Shown: positions 1-12,619, counted from the first letter of the stretch. The stretch is DNA of 64,000 bases from Squalus acanthias (GCA_030390025.1 CM059432.1:61196001-61260000); one strand, 5' to 3'. Notes: a model not told the origin generated them from the sequence alone. Program-made: numbers and translations.

Positions 1-478
1 TCTTCATTCCTCTGCTGCAGCATAATTCCTCTTACCTTTTCTCTTTAAGTTGCGCAAGATGCAATACATTGCTATGATTTGAGAGACCTTGGATGAGCTA
101 TACCCGAAGATCTGTCTAAACATCTAGGGGGAAAAATTGGGTTGCTTTGCACCTCCCGTTCACGCCCCTGGGGGCACAAATGGGGTGCACAGCCCCTAGC
201 ACCTGGTCCTGGCACCGCTAACGCCTCCCGCGAAATTTAACGCGAGGTTAGCGGCGGCAGTAGCTGCTAGCACCCCGCGGTGCTGCACCACCGATGATGA
301 CATCATCGCCATGCACAGCGCCCTGATTGCGCCCTGGCCGCAAACTTGGGTTGGGCCCCCTGACCTATCGCCGGACGATATGTCCGGCAGGGTCAGGGTG
401 GTGTTTTTGTAGCCGTGGCGGTGCAAGTTGAAGGGCAGGTGTCGGGCGGCCATTTTTTTTGGCTGACTGCCAGCACCT

Positions 479-2534
479 AACATAGAAACATAGAAACATA
501 GAAAATAGGTACAGGAGTAGACCATTCGGTCCTTCGAGCCTGCACCGCCATTTAATGCGTTCATGGCTGAACATGCTACCTCAGTACCCCATTCCTGCTT
601 TCTCGCCATAACCCTTGATCCCCCTAGTTGTGAGTGTTATATCTAACTCCCTTTTGAATATATTTAGCGAACTGGTCTCAACAACCTTCTGTGGAAGAGA
701 ATTCCATAGATTCACCACTCTCTGGGTGAAGAAGTTCCTCCTCAGCTCAGTCTTAAATGGCTTCCCCTTAATCCTTAGACTGTGACCCCTGGTTCTAGTT
801 TTCCCTAACATTGGGAACATTCTGCCCGCATCTAATTTGTCTAAACCAGTCAGGATTTTAAATGTCTCTATAAGATCCCCCCTCATTCTTCTGAACTCCA
901 GAGGATACAAGTTCAGTTGACCCAATCTTTCTTGATATGTCAGACCGCCCATCCCAGGAATCAATCTAGTGAACCTTCGCTGCACTCCCTCAATAGCAAG
1001 AATGTCCTTCCTTAAGTTAGGAGACCAAAACTGCGCACAATACTCCAGGTGTGGCCTCACCAAGGCCCTGTACAACTGCAGCATCACCTCCCTACTCCTG
1101 TACTCAAATCCCCTTACTATGAAGGCCATCATTCCGTTTGCTTTCTTGACTGCCTGCTGCACTTGCATTCCCACCTTCAGTGACTGATGTACCATGACGC
1201 CCAGGTCTTGTTGCACCTCCCCTTTCCCTAATCTGCCACCATTCAGGTAATAGTCCGCCTCTCTATTTTTACCACCAAAGTGGATAACCTCACATTTATC
1301 CACATTGTACTTCATCTGCCATACATTTGCCCATTCACCCAACCTGTCCAAGTCACTCTGTAGCCTCCTAGCATCCTCCTCATTGTTCACACTGCCTCCC
1401 AATTTAGTGTCATCCGCAAATTTGGAGATATTACATTTAATCCCTTCGTCCAAATCATTAATATATAATGTAAACAGCTGGGGTCCCAGCACCGAACCCT
1501 GCGGTACCCCGCTGGTCACTGCCTGCCATTCTGAAAAGTACCCATTTACTCCTACTCTTTGTTTCCTGTGTGCCAACCAGTTCTCAATCCACGTCAACAC
1601 ATTACCCCCAATCCCATGTGCTTTAACTTTGCTCACCAATCTCTTGTGTGGGACCTTGTCGAAGGCCTTCTGAAAGTCCAAATACACCACATCTACTGGT
1701 TCCCCCCTGTCCACCCTATTGGAAACATCCTCAAAAAATTCCAGAAGATTTGTCAAGCATGATTTCCCTTTCACAAATCCATGCTGACTTGGACCTATCA
1801 TGTCGCCACTTTCCAAATGGTCTGTTATGACATCTTTAATAATTGCTTCCATCATTTTACCCACGACCGATGTCAGGCTGACCGGTCTATAATTCCCTGC
1901 TTTCTCCCTCCCTCCTTTTTTAAAAAGAGGGGTTACATTGGCCACCCTCCACTCCATCGGAACTGATCCAGAGTCTAAGGAATGTTGGAAAATGATCGTC
2001 AATGCATCCACTATTTCCAAGGCCACCTCCTTAAGTACTCTGGGATGCAGACCATCAGGCCCCGGGGATTTTTCAGCCTTCAGTCCCATCAATTTTCCCA
2101 ATACCTTTTCCCGTCTAATAAGGATTTCCCTCAGCTCCTCCCTCTTACCAGATCCTCTGACCCCTTTTATTTCCGGCAGGTTGTGTGTGTCCTCCACAGT
2201 AAACACCGAACCAAAGTACTTGTTCAATTGATCTGCCATTTCCTTGTTCCCCGTTACGACTTCCCCTGTTTCCGACTGCAGGGGACCTACGTTTGTTTTT
2301 ACTAACCTCTTTCTTTTTACATATTTATAGAAGCTTTTGCAGTCCATTTTAATGTTCTCTGCAAGCTTCCTTTCATATTTTATTTTCCCTGCCCTAATCA
2401 AACCCTTCGTCCTCCTCTGCTGAGTTTTGAAGTTCTCCCAGTCCCCGGGTTTGCTGCTACTTCTGGCCAATCTGTATGCAACTTCCTTGGTTTTAATACT
2501 ATCCCTGATTTCCCTTGTTAGCCATGGTTGAGCC
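479..2534 (-). mobile_element. 5'-truncated young CR1 LINE
   Basis: RT ORF followed by a CR1 3' UTR and a (TTCTATGT)n tail at ~479-503. Confidence 0.95.
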
Positions 2535-2551
2535 ACCTTCCCTCTTTCCAT
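581..2551 (-). CDS. CR1 ORF2 reverse transcriptase; uninterrupted 656 codons, endonuclease missing
   Basis: Motifs [35 protein letters not shown] and FADD. No stops or frameshifts; the N-terminus runs into flanking DNA. Confidence 0.85.
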   Translation of the reverse strand: MERGKVAQPWLTREIRDSIKTKEVAYRLARSSSKPGDWENFKTQQRRTKGLIRAGKIKYERKLAENIKMDCKSFYKYVKRKRLVKTNVGPLQSETGEVVTGNKEMADQLNKYFGSVFTVEDTHNLPEIKGVRGSGKREELREILIRREKVLGKLMGLKAEKSPGPDGLHPRVLKEVALEIVDALTIIFQHSLDSGSVPMEWRVANVTPLFKKGGREKAGNYRPVSLTSVVGKMMEAIIKDVITDHLESGDMIGPSQHGFVKGKSCLTNLLEFFEDVSNRVDRGEPVDVVYLDFQKAFDKVPHKRLVSKVKAHGIGGNVLTWIENWLAHRKQRVGVNGYFSEWQAVTSGVPQGSVLGPQLFTLYINDLDEGIKCNISKFADDTKLGGSVNNEEDARRLQSDLDRLGEWANVWQMKYNVDKCEVIHFGGKNREADYYLNGGRLGKGEVQQDLGVMVHQSLKVGMQVQQAVKKANGMMAFIVRGFEYRSREVMLQLYRALVRPHLEYCAQFWSPNLRKDILAIEGVQRRFTRLIPGMGGLTYQERLGQLNLYPLEFRRMRGDLIETFKILTGLDKLDAGRMFPMLGKTRTRGHSLRIKGKPFKTELRRNFFTQRVVNLWNSLPQKVVETSSLNIFKRELDITLTTRGIKGYGEKAGMGY

Positions 2552-5500
2552 TTTTTATTCGGGGTGCCGGCCGCGATCGCTCAACCCGGCACTCCTCTTT
2601 TCCCAGCACCCCGCTCCCCGGTGGTGCAGCAGGGCCCCGGTGCGTGCAACGCTAGGCCCCTCCCCTTAGCACTGCGATATTCACTTGTAGCGCCCCAGGA
2701 AGGAGGTGGAGCGCTTCCAGTAGCACCCCGCCTCCTGCTTGGGGGGCTACCACTGAATTTACGGCGCAGGGACGCTAACTTTTTCGGGGTGCTAAAAGCA
2801 ACGCCCCGGCGAAGCTAGCACCCCAAAGGGGGCGCCATCGAATTTCTCCATCCTGAACATCTGTTTCAACATATTGGTCATGTTTTCCACAGGAATTCTG
2901 GTATCAGCAATCTGCCCCTATTATTGAGACATTTAGGAGACTACACTTTCCCTTTAAGCCCTGTTCAAACTTCAGAATAGATTGTCTCACTAAAAAAATG
3001 AGAAACTTACAGAATGTGCAGAGAAAGTCAGAACGAGTTAAGTGGCCAGAATGAGTTAAATAAAACAGTTATAAACCATAGAACATTTGTGCAGCAAAAG
3101 ATGAAAAGCATTATGATGTACAACACAAAACGAACATGCTTAATTGTATAATCCTGAAATAAATATATATCTATATATATCTATATACACACACACTTGA
3201 ACAATAATAAGTAAGCAGAACTAAATTACTGTATGAATGCTAAGCACAGAAGGCAGATTTTATTTCCTATTTATATTACACACTTGAAGCATCAGATTTG
3301 CCACTTGTGCCCTCGGTTAACCAGGAAATCAAGTTTTATTTTAAAAATTCTAGGTACTAGATAGTAGTTTATTAAATTGATTTTCATTCAATGTAATGAA
3401 AAGGTGTGTGCCTTAAACTTACAATGAACTAAGATGATAATATCAATGTTATTAGAGAATATGCCAAAAAACTGTTTACACAGGAAACTGGTAACATCTA
3501 CAGTATGAAACCCATGAGGCATCACGTCAAATTGGCCATTCTACTCCACCTCACCTTTACTCTTTCAGACTGATTTTATAGCTCCTAAAGGAGACTGTGA
3601 ATAGCTTGAACTCTGTTAACTACTGTGGTAAAATAGCAATCCAAAAGCTATATTTCTAACTGCAAAAAGGCAAGCATTTGAGGTAGAGTTAAAGCCTTAG
3701 ATAGTAGATGATGCATTTCAAGGTAGAATTGGGATATCAGAAGATAAATAGCATACATTATAAAACACCAGACAGGAAAAGAAGCATTTGTCACAAAGCA
3801 AAGCCATCTGCGGGAAATAAACAGCTGTGAGGCACTGTAAAGAACGACTAATGGAAGACGGTCATGAAAGGTAAAGTAAGACTTATAATGATAGAACAGT
3901 ATTTTGAGTTAAAAGCAGATCAGCCAGATAAAAGATAAGTACTGTGACAAACAGCAGAAGCAAACCAGAAGAAGGCAATGACCCGATGCAAGGAGTATGT
4001 TTCTGAACGATAAACAGAGGTAGCGTGGCAAGTGTAATCAAGAACAGCTGAAGGTATACATAAATTCTGATATATTCAACCAGTCCATTCTCTAGAATTA
4101 TCGTTCAATAACATCCTATAGACATTGAATAGATTTTCTTACTTCATAACTGTTCAGGATATTTGTTAAAAATAACTCAATGTCACAATGTGATACGTGT
4201 TTTTACTCTGAATGGGTGAAAGTTAATGGAGACAAGCCACTGTTGCATGGCACCCATCAGTTAAATACTCTGGTCAACCTTATGGGTGGTCAAGATCAAA
4301 TGTAGTTAGGGTTAGAGGGTGAGGGGTAATTAGACCCAGTTAGCAGAAGGGCGCAGAGAGGGGCTGAATAATGAGGGATGGGGAGTGGAGGAGAAGAGCA
4401 GAGAATGAGAACAGGGAGAAGCAAAAATAAGGAAACTATCTCAGTAGGGGGAGGGGAAGTTTGCAAACTCTCTTGAGGGGCAGTGGAGCTCCTGTTCCAT
4501 CCACCAGGGCATGTGGGCGCTTTGCCGAACTGTTCTTCCCTCCCGCAGGGCCAGATTTTCTGCTCAGGGGAAGTAGACTATGGGGTTGTTTTGTAACTCA
4601 CTGGGGGAAGGAGGGTGATAGCTCAAAATTGCTTTTGCTGTTCAGTGGGGAGTGGGGGAATAATTTCTAACATTCAATTTTAATGCTTGGGTTGGGGGGG
4701 AGGGGGGTCGTATCCCAGGGACGATAGCATCCAAGGGGTAATTTTAATGCTCATGGTGGGGGGGTTGTTACTTTCCCAGAGCCAATTTTGTTTCTTAGTG
4801 GTGGAGGGAGTTTTACTATTGAGGGGCTCATTTATTAATCAATACAGGTGTAAAGCTGTGGATGGGTTGGTTCCTACATGGGTGGGGGAGGGGTGGGATC
4901 AATACCACCAGGCCAAATTTCCTTTTCAACTATTGGGCTGTCATGCATGATCTGTAAGAACCTCAGGGAAACTGTTGGCACATGATCAGCAAGAACATGC
5001 GAAAAAGTGTCCTCCTGCAGGTAAAATAGGCAGTTGCGAAGAATTTGGCAAACAGCACACTTTCTAATAGTGGTTGAGAATATGCACAGTGGACACAGAG
5101 TCACCTAGCACCATTTAAAAAAACATAAAACTGTCAAGTTAACAGTGATCTTTGAGATTGTGAGTTAGACTGCAAAAGGAACAATGAACAGTAGCTACAA
5201 AGTAGGAATTAATTCGCAAAGGCCCAGAAGATATTTATATAATATATTTAAAATGCATCAATATTGGAGGCAGGGCAAAGTCCAAATGGAAACTGCTTCA
5301 GCTACATGCATATACACTGAATCTGTCAAATTTGGGGCGGGCACAGCTTAGTGAGAGAGAACACAAATTGAAATTTATATAACACTATAAATATATGTGT
5401 GTATATATGTATGAAAAACAAATACCCGAGCATGAGGGAGCACAACAAAGCTGGGGGAAACAGGCCACTAATGAAGCGTTCATACAATTTTAGTATCTAG

Positions 5501-6372
5501 TTTGGGGAAAGGCTCAAAAACATCACAGGAGACCCACAAACGGAGAAAAGAAGAGCCTGAGAGTCACCAAAAAAGCATACTTTTAAATTGGAAGTGCAGC
5601 CACCTCCAGACCCACCCTCAGCTGTAAGTATTTAAAACATAAATAAAAGGTAAGCTCACGGTTAGCCAGCTACCTACCTGCCTGCTCTGAATATATTCAG
5701 TAATCCATGGGTGGCAGTTGGCTAAAAAGAAAAAAAATGGACTTCAAGGAAGAGTTAGCCACGTATCCGTACAAACAGTAATACTGTGTGTGATACCAGG
5801 CTTGGTGAGTCTGTGACACCCAAAGTGTGACATTGTAACACTGAAAAACCCTATCATAGTGACACCTACAGGTAGAAATGGTGTTAAAGGCTAGATAATT
5901 TTTTTTCTACAGGGGCAAGATTCCCATGAAAGGTTTTGATGAAACATATGCCCCACATACCAAATTTAATATATAATAGCTATGTCAGATCACAACTATA
6001 CTGTAACATTTTTCTTGGATGTAGAAGATGTCACAAACAAAAATATTTAATAAAAATGTGGTAATTTGTTAAAAGAAAATGAGAACAGAATAAAAGGATT
6101 AAGCAACACCACACTAGTTTTGCTGGTACTGACTAATTCTGTTTAATATTAACGCATTCTGCCAAACTGTCCATGGCTCACAAAATACTTGTGTGATATA
6201 CATGTACACAAGAAATTGACCAAACCAGAGTACAAAAGCAAAAGGTTCTTCCCTCTTTATTATTAATGATACTTAAATGAATAAGAACAACGACGCTGCA
6301 CACTATTATCTGTAACGGTGCAGTGTAACTGTACATTCTAGATAAGTAACTGAAAAAACACTAAGGCATAAT

Positions 6373-6637
6373 AGATCCCTTGGCACTATTTCGAAGTAGA
6401 GCAGCGGAGTTCTCCCCAGTGTCCTGGCCAATATTTATCCCTCAACCAACTTCACTAATAAACAGATTATCTGGTCATTATACATTGCTGTTTGTGGGAG
6501 CTTCATGTGCGCAATTTGGCTGCTGCATTTCCTACATTACAACAGTGACTATACTTCAAAAGTAATTCATTATTTATAAAGCGCTTTGGAACGTCCTGAG
6601 GTCGTGAAAGGTACTATATAAATGTAAGTCTTTTTTT
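6373..6637 (+). mobile_element. Deu-domain SINE (SacSINE1-like), 5'-truncated
   Basis: Deu-like core GATCCCTTGGCACTATTTCGAAG...GTGTCCTGGCCAA; the tail resembles the L2 3' end at 40620-40682. Confidence 0.8.
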
Positions 6638-7395
6638 AGGGCATGGCATTCTCATCAGCAGGTGGTTGATAATTTTCAACTAACTATACCAGAAGGAAAC
6701 TTCTTACCATTCAAAAGTCTGTATTTATATCTCGTGACCAGCAACTTAAGAAAATACATATTTTTGTGCTGGTTAGCTATATTCTGCAGCAACCATTTCA
6801 TTCAGCCACCACAGATATGCGGTGAAAGGGTAGACTAGAAATTCAGTAAGTACTGTACTCTTTTTTTGGTCAGATGTCTTTGCTTGGTACTTGCATGCAA
6901 AAACCATACAGTGAACCTGTAAATTACAGACACCTAAGGGAATGATATCAGTTGGCCTTTTTTTGCAGATGTCTTTATTTTCAATATGGTCAACGTATGT
7001 ACTGTAAAAATTTCCCCAACAATCTTGAAGAATCAGCTGAGATTATGATCAGCACCTAATCAGCTGCAACAATGCTATGAGCCTAAGTTTGGAAGCAGAT
7101 ATAACAACAAAACTGATGTGTCAAGTACAGTGGAACCTGTTCCTAATGACACTTTCAGATGACAGACAACCGTACTGCATGGGGATTGAGTACGTGCACA
7201 TCTTCTGGGTCCGCGTGGGGTCAGGTGCATGCACATCTTCTGGCGTGCGTCGTCAACAAGCTTGGCTTTGGAAGCAGGGACAGCAGCTGCAGAGGTGATT
7301 CAAACCCCAAAGGCGACAGGGACAGCAGCTGCAGGATGGGGCGCGATTCAAACCCTGATACACGCAGCGACAGCGGCTGCATTGGTGATTCAAAC

Positions 7396-7692
7396 AACAA
7401 TGTGATAATGACCAGGTAATTTTTTTTTAGTGATGTTGATTGAGGGATAAATATTGGCCAGGACACCGGGGATAACTCCCCTGCTCTTCTTCGAAATAGT
7501 GCCATGGGATTTTTACGTCCACCTGAGAGAGTTTAACATCTCATCTCATCCGAAAGATGGCACCTCTGACAGTGCAGCACTCCACTGGAGTGTCAGCCTA
7601 GATTTTTGTGCTTAAGTCTCTGGAGTGAGACTTGAACCCACAACCTTCTGATTCAGAGGCAAGGGTGCTACCAAATGAGCCATGGCTGACAC
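7396..7692 (-). mobile_element. Deu-domain SINE with tRNA-derived head
   Basis: The minus strand has an A-box-like TGGCTCATTTGG, B box GGTTCAAGTC and the Deu core. Confidence 0.85.
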
Positions 7693-7700
7693 TACAGGCA

Positions 7701-8096
7701 GGAACAGCGGCTGCAGGGGTTGATTCAAATCCTGGATACTGGTAGGGACAGCGGCTGCAGGGGTTGATTCAAACCCTGGATACTGGCAGGGACAGCGTCT
7801 ACAGGGGTTGATTCAAACCCTGGATACTGGTAGGGACAGCGGCTGCAGGGGTTGATTCAAACCCTGGATACAGGCAGGGACAGCGGCTGCAGGGGTTGAT
7901 TCAAACCCTGGATACTGGTAGGGACAGCGGCTGCAGGGGTTGATTCAAACCCTGGATACTGGCAGGGACAGCGGCTGCAGGGGTTGATTCAAACCCTGGA
8001 TACTGGTAGGGACAGCGGCTGCAGGGGTTGATTCAAACCCTGGATACTGGCAGGGACAGCGGCTGCAGGGGTTGATTCAAACCCTGGATACTGGCA
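7701..8096. repeat. 44-bp minisatellite, 9 units, plus about 3 degenerate units at 7277-7395
   Basis: Unit GGGACAGCGGCTGCAGGGGTTGATTCAAACCCTGGATACTGGYA starts at 7701, 7745, 7789 ... 8053. Confidence 0.97.
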
Positions 8097-9107
8097 TGGA
8101 CAAAAAGGAATCCATCAGTCATCACAATCTTCAGCCTCAGATACAGTACGTACTTTGAACATTTTAAAGTGTGACATCAGGCTGTGTCCAATGTTTTAAG
8201 GTGCAAAAGGGCTTGGTACATTGAAGGCTGTCCGTTGTTCGTAATTTGTGAGCGTTTGTGGTTTTAGAGTGCCTCTTGTATATTTTATAATGCAAGTTAT
8301 TTGGGTCTGTCAATAATTGCCCATTTTGTGCAAGTGTTGGTTTTTTGGGAGTGTCCATTTATACAGGTTTCACTGTAGCATATAGTAGTCATGATGCACC
8401 AAGACGTAGCTACCAGCTACTTTGTTAAAGTGAAGGACATCTTCTATTCAGTTTTATTCAGTAGCACTGGCACTTGGGGGGCAAAAACTAAAAATCCACT
8501 GAAATGTCACTGCAAATCATGGACAGAAGATTAGGTTGCTGCGAGAATCAACTCTGTTCCAAATTACCACCAGTGGGAATATTATTCTGATTCAGTAATT
8601 AAAGAAGCCTCTAGGAAGTACTCAAAATATCATATCATTGTCAGACCCTTAAGAAAATGATGTTAGGCCCACCTCCCAATTCACAGGCCAGCTGTTGATT
8701 GAAAACAAACAAGCCTACAGTTACTGGGATAAGGTTCACAATACAATTTTTGCAAGGCTTCACATGAGTAACTTATTGAAGCCCAAGGAAGATTACCCTG
8801 TTAAATCATAGCAGTTATTTTTGCAAAAGAAAATTGTACATCTCTGTATGTGATGAAGGCCGCAGCTTTCGATTCAGTACTTGTTTATTTTATCAGATAT
8901 AATGAACAATGCTCCTCACTGGGGTTTGTATTACACTTTGAAAGTATCCTTGGGTTATATCTATACCTCTACTGTATAATTGACTGAAATAACAATTACA
9001 TTTTGGATATAAAAGCAAAACACTGCGGATGCTGGAAATCTGAAATAAAAACAGAAAATGATGAAAATACTCAGCAGGTCAGGCAGCATCTGTGGCGAGT
9101 GAAACAG

Positions 9108-9144
9108 AGTTAACGTTTCAGGTCAATGATCCTTCGTCAGAACT
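9108..9144 (-). ncRNA. Minimal type I hammerhead ribozyme motif (P1), one stem II mismatch
   Basis: Minus strand reads AGTT-CTGACGA-A-GGATC-ATT-GACCT-GAAA-CG-TT-AACT. Confidence 0.7.
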
Positions 9145-9442
9145 GGAAAAAGTTAGAGATGTAACAGATTTTCAAGCAAGTGCAGGTGCAGGGAAAGGGG
9201 GAGGGGAGGAAAGAACAAAAGGGAAGGTCTGTGATAGGGTGGAAGATAGGAGAGATTAAAAGACAAAAGGGATGATGGTGCAAGGCAAAAGGAGATGGTA
9301 ATGGGACAAGTTAAAAAACAAAAGATGACTCTAGATGAGGTGTAAATGGGAATGGCAGAATCATCAACAGCTGCCATGTGAAAAAAAAATAGGGGCAGAA
9401 GTTATGGTCTGAAATTGTTGAACTTGATGTTGACTCCAGAAG

Positions 9443-12400
9443 AGACAGTAGCGGGAATGGTAGCATAATGGTAATGTCACTGGGCTAATAATCCAGAGGC
9501 CTGGACTAATGATCCAGAGATGTGAGTTCAAATCCCACCAGGGCAGCTGGGGAATTTAAATTCAGGTAAATAAATAAATCAGGAATAAAAAGCTAGTATC
9601 AGTAATGGTAACCATGAAACTATCGGATTGTCATAAAAACCCATCTGGTTCACTAATGTCCTTTAGGGAACGAAATCTGCCATCCTTACCTGGTCTGGCC
9701 TATATGTGACTCCAGACCCACAGCACTGTGTTTGACTCTTAACTGCCAATAAAATGGCCTAGCAAGCCACTTAGTTATTACGAAACACAATAATAAGAAT
9801 GAAACTGGACGGACCACCCGGCATCGACCTCGGCACCGGCTACGGACATGGCAACGGCACACCCAGCCCAGTCAATCCTGCAAAGTCCTCTCCACCAACA
9901 TCTGGGGACTTGTGCCAAAATTGGGAGAGCTGTCCAACAGACTAGTCAAGCAATAGTCATACTCACAGAATCATACCTTTCAGCCAATGTCCCAAACTCC
10001 TCCATCACCATCCCTGGGTATGTCCTGTCCCATCGGCAGGACAGACCCACCAGGGGTGGCGGTAGAGTTGGGAAGGAGTGGCCCTGGGAGTCCTCAACAT
10101 TGACTCTGGACCCCATGAAGTCTCATGGCTTCAGGTCAAGCATGGGCAAGGAAACCTCCTGCTGATTACCTCCCTCAGCTGATGAATCAGTACTCCTCCA
10201 TGTTGGACACCACTTGAAAGAAGCACTGAGAGTAGCAAGGGCACAGAATGCACAGGTGGGGGACTTCAATGTCCATCACCAAGAGTGGCTCAGTAGCATT
10301 ACAGCTGGCCAAGTCCTGAAGGACATAGCTGCCAATTTGGGCCTGCGACAGGTGGTGAGAGAACCAACATGAGGGGAAAAACCTACTTGACCTCGTCCTC
10401 ACCAATCTACCTGTGCAGATGCAGTAACCACCACACAGCCATTGTGGAGACTAAGTCACGTCTTCACACTGAGGACACCCTCCATCGTGTTGTGTAGCAC
10501 CACCACCGTGCCAAATGGGATAGATTCAGAACAGATCTAGCAGCTCAAAACTGGGCATCCATGAGGCACTGTGGGCCATCAGCAGCAGCAGAATTGTATT
10601 CCACCACAATCTGTAACCTCATGGCCCAACATATCCCTCACTCTACCATTACCATCAAGCCAGGGGATCAATAAGAAGTGTAGAAGAGCATGCCAGGAGC
10701 AGCACCAGGCGTACCTAAAAATGAGGTGCCAACCTGGGGAAATTGCACCACAGGACGACATGCATGCTAAAAAGCAAAAGCAGCATGCTATAGACAGGGC
10801 TAAGCGATCCCACAATCAACAGATCAGATCAAAGCCCTGCCACATCCAGTCGTGAATGGTGGTGGACCATTAAACAATTAATGGGAGGAGAAGGCTCCAT
10901 GAATATCCCCATCCTCAATGATGGTGGAGCCCAGCACATGAGTGCAAAAGACAAGGCTGAAGAGTTTGCAATCATCTTCAGCCAGAAGTGCCGAGTGGAT
11001 GATCCATATCGGCCTACTCCTGAGGTCCCCACCACCACAGAAGCCAGTCGTCAGCCAATTCGATTCACTCCATTTGATATCAAGAAACGGCTGGGCCCAC
11101 TGGATAGAGCAAAGGCTATTGGCCCCGACAACATCCCAGCTATCATGCTGAAGACTTGTGCTCCAGAACGAGCCTTGCCTCTAGCCAAGCTGTTCCAGTA
11201 CAGCTACAACACTGGCATCAATCCAACAATGTGGAAAACTGCCCAGTTAAGTCCTGTCCACAAAAAGCAGGACAAATCCAATCCAGCCAATTACCGCCCC
11301 ATCAGTCTACTCTCAATCATCAGCAAAGTGATGGAAGGTGTCATCGACAGTGCTACCAAGCGGCACCTGCTCACTAATGCCCAGTTTGGGTTCCGCCAAG
11401 ACCACTTGGCTCCCGACATCATTACAGCCTTGGTCCAAACATGGACAAAGGAGCTGAATTCCAGACATGAGATGAGAGTGGCAGCATTTGACCAAGTGTG
11501 GCATCAAGGAGCCCGAGTAAAACTGAAGTCAATGGGAATCGGGGGGAAAACTCTCCACTGGTTGGAGTCATACCTAGCACAAAGGAAGATGGTTGTGGTG
11601 GTTGAAGGTCAATCCTCAGGGCATCACTGCAGGAGTTCCTCAGGGAAGTGTCCTAAGCCCAACCATCTTCAGCTGCTACATCAATGATCTTCCCTCCAAC
11701 ATAAGATCAGAAATGGGGATGTTCGTTGATGACGGCACAGTGTTCAGTGCCATTCACAACTCCTCAGATAATGAAGCAGTCCATGCCCTTATGCAACAAG
11801 ACCTGGACGACGTTCAGGCTTGGGCTGATAAGTAGCAGGTAACATTCGCGCCAGGCAATGACTATATCCAACAAGCGAGAGTCTAACCACTGCCCCTTGA
11901 CATTCAATGGTATTACCATCGCTGAATCCCCCACCATCAACATCCTGGGGGTCACCATTGACCAGAAACTTATCTGGACCAGCCACATAAATACTGTGGC
12001 AACAAGAGCAGGTCAGAGGCTAGGTATTCTGCAGAGAGTGTCTCTTCTCCTGACTCCCCAAAGCCTTTCCACCAACAACAAGGCACTAGTCAGGAGTGTG
12101 ATGGAATACTCTTCACTTGCCTGGATGAGTGCAGCTCCAACAACACTCAAGAAGCTCAACACCATCCAGGACAAAGCAGCCCGCTTGATTGGCACCCCAT
12201 CCACCACCTTAAACATTCACGCCCTCCACCACCGGCGTACCGTGGCTGCAGTGTGTACCGTCTACAAGATGCACTGCAGCAACTCGCCAAGGCTTCTTCG
12301 GCAGCACCTCCCAAACCCGCGACCTCTTCCACCTAGAAGGACAAGGGCAGCAGGTGCATGGGAACAGCACCACCTCCAAGTTCCCCTCCAAGTCACACCC

Positions 12401-12619
12401 CATCCTGACTTGGAAGTATATCGCCGTTCTTTCATCGTCGCTGGCTCAAAATCCTGGAACTCCCTACCTAACAGCACTGTGGGAGTACCTTTACCACACA
12501 GACTGCAGCGGTTCAAGAAGGTGGCTCACCACCACCTTCTCAAGGGTAATTAGGGATGGGCAATAAATGCTGGCTTTGCCAGCGACGCCCACATCCCACA
12601 AACAAATTTTTAAAAAACA
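9443..12619 (+). mobile_element. Near full-length CR1/L2-group LINE (APE+RT, frameshifted) with tRNA-derived 5' head
   Basis: A box 9461-9471, B box ~9524-9535. APE start (NIWGL...IVILTESYL) at ~9880, RT at 10881-11835, C-terminus to 12553, then 3' UTR and an A-rich end. Confidence 0.88.

Larger units (their letters stand above)
127..2852 (+). mobile_element. GC-rich Harbinger-type MITE interrupted by a CR1 insertion
   Basis: Degenerate TIRs GGGGGAAAAATTG / GAATTTCTCCATC; near-TSD CTA/CTG. The internal sequence matches 53840-54340 in reverse and the left end of 51631-52534. Confidence 0.75.
30..2910 (-). pseudogene. PIF/Harbinger (HARBI1-like) transposase C-terminal fossil, split by a MITE (pieces ~30-126 and 2853-2910)
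   Basis: Joining the MITE flanks on the minus strand gives TRIPVENMTNMLKQMFRCLDRS, then after a frameshift GYSSSKVSQIIAMYCILRN. This resembles the HARBI1 motif RFRCLDRSGGALQYSPEKV..IILACCVLHN. Confidence 0.65.
7128..8375. mobile_element. Non-autonomous Tc1/mariner (Tigger/pogo-like) element
   Basis: TA|CAGTGGAACCTGT...ACAGGTTTCACTG|TA: TIRs with a TA duplication (7126-7127, 8376-8377). Confidence 0.65.

Noticed and set aside
969..2305. Plus-strand ORFs overlapping the CR1, and similar ORFs opposite other LINE/PLE copies
   Set aside because: They are antisense or alternate-frame shadows of RT coding sequence.
4874..5104. Short ORF with splice-like CTGCAG/GTAA
   Set aside because: No recognisable homology and no consistent exon boundaries.
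5678..5721. 44-nt minus-strand exon candidate with a good acceptor and GTAGGT donor
   Set aside because: The peptides (ANCHPWITEYIQSRQ or PTATHGLLNIFRAG) do not resemble the next NOL4-family exon as I recall it, and the length would shift the frame. Unsupported without RNA data.
7701..8096. CRISPR-like array of palindromic repeats
   Set aside because: The units are contiguous with no unique spacers, there are no cas genes, and the context is eukaryotic; it is a minisatellite.
9450..9545. Functional tRNA gene
   Set aside because: The anticodon-arm-like segment is duplicated, there is no clean acceptor stem, and it continues into the retroelement body.
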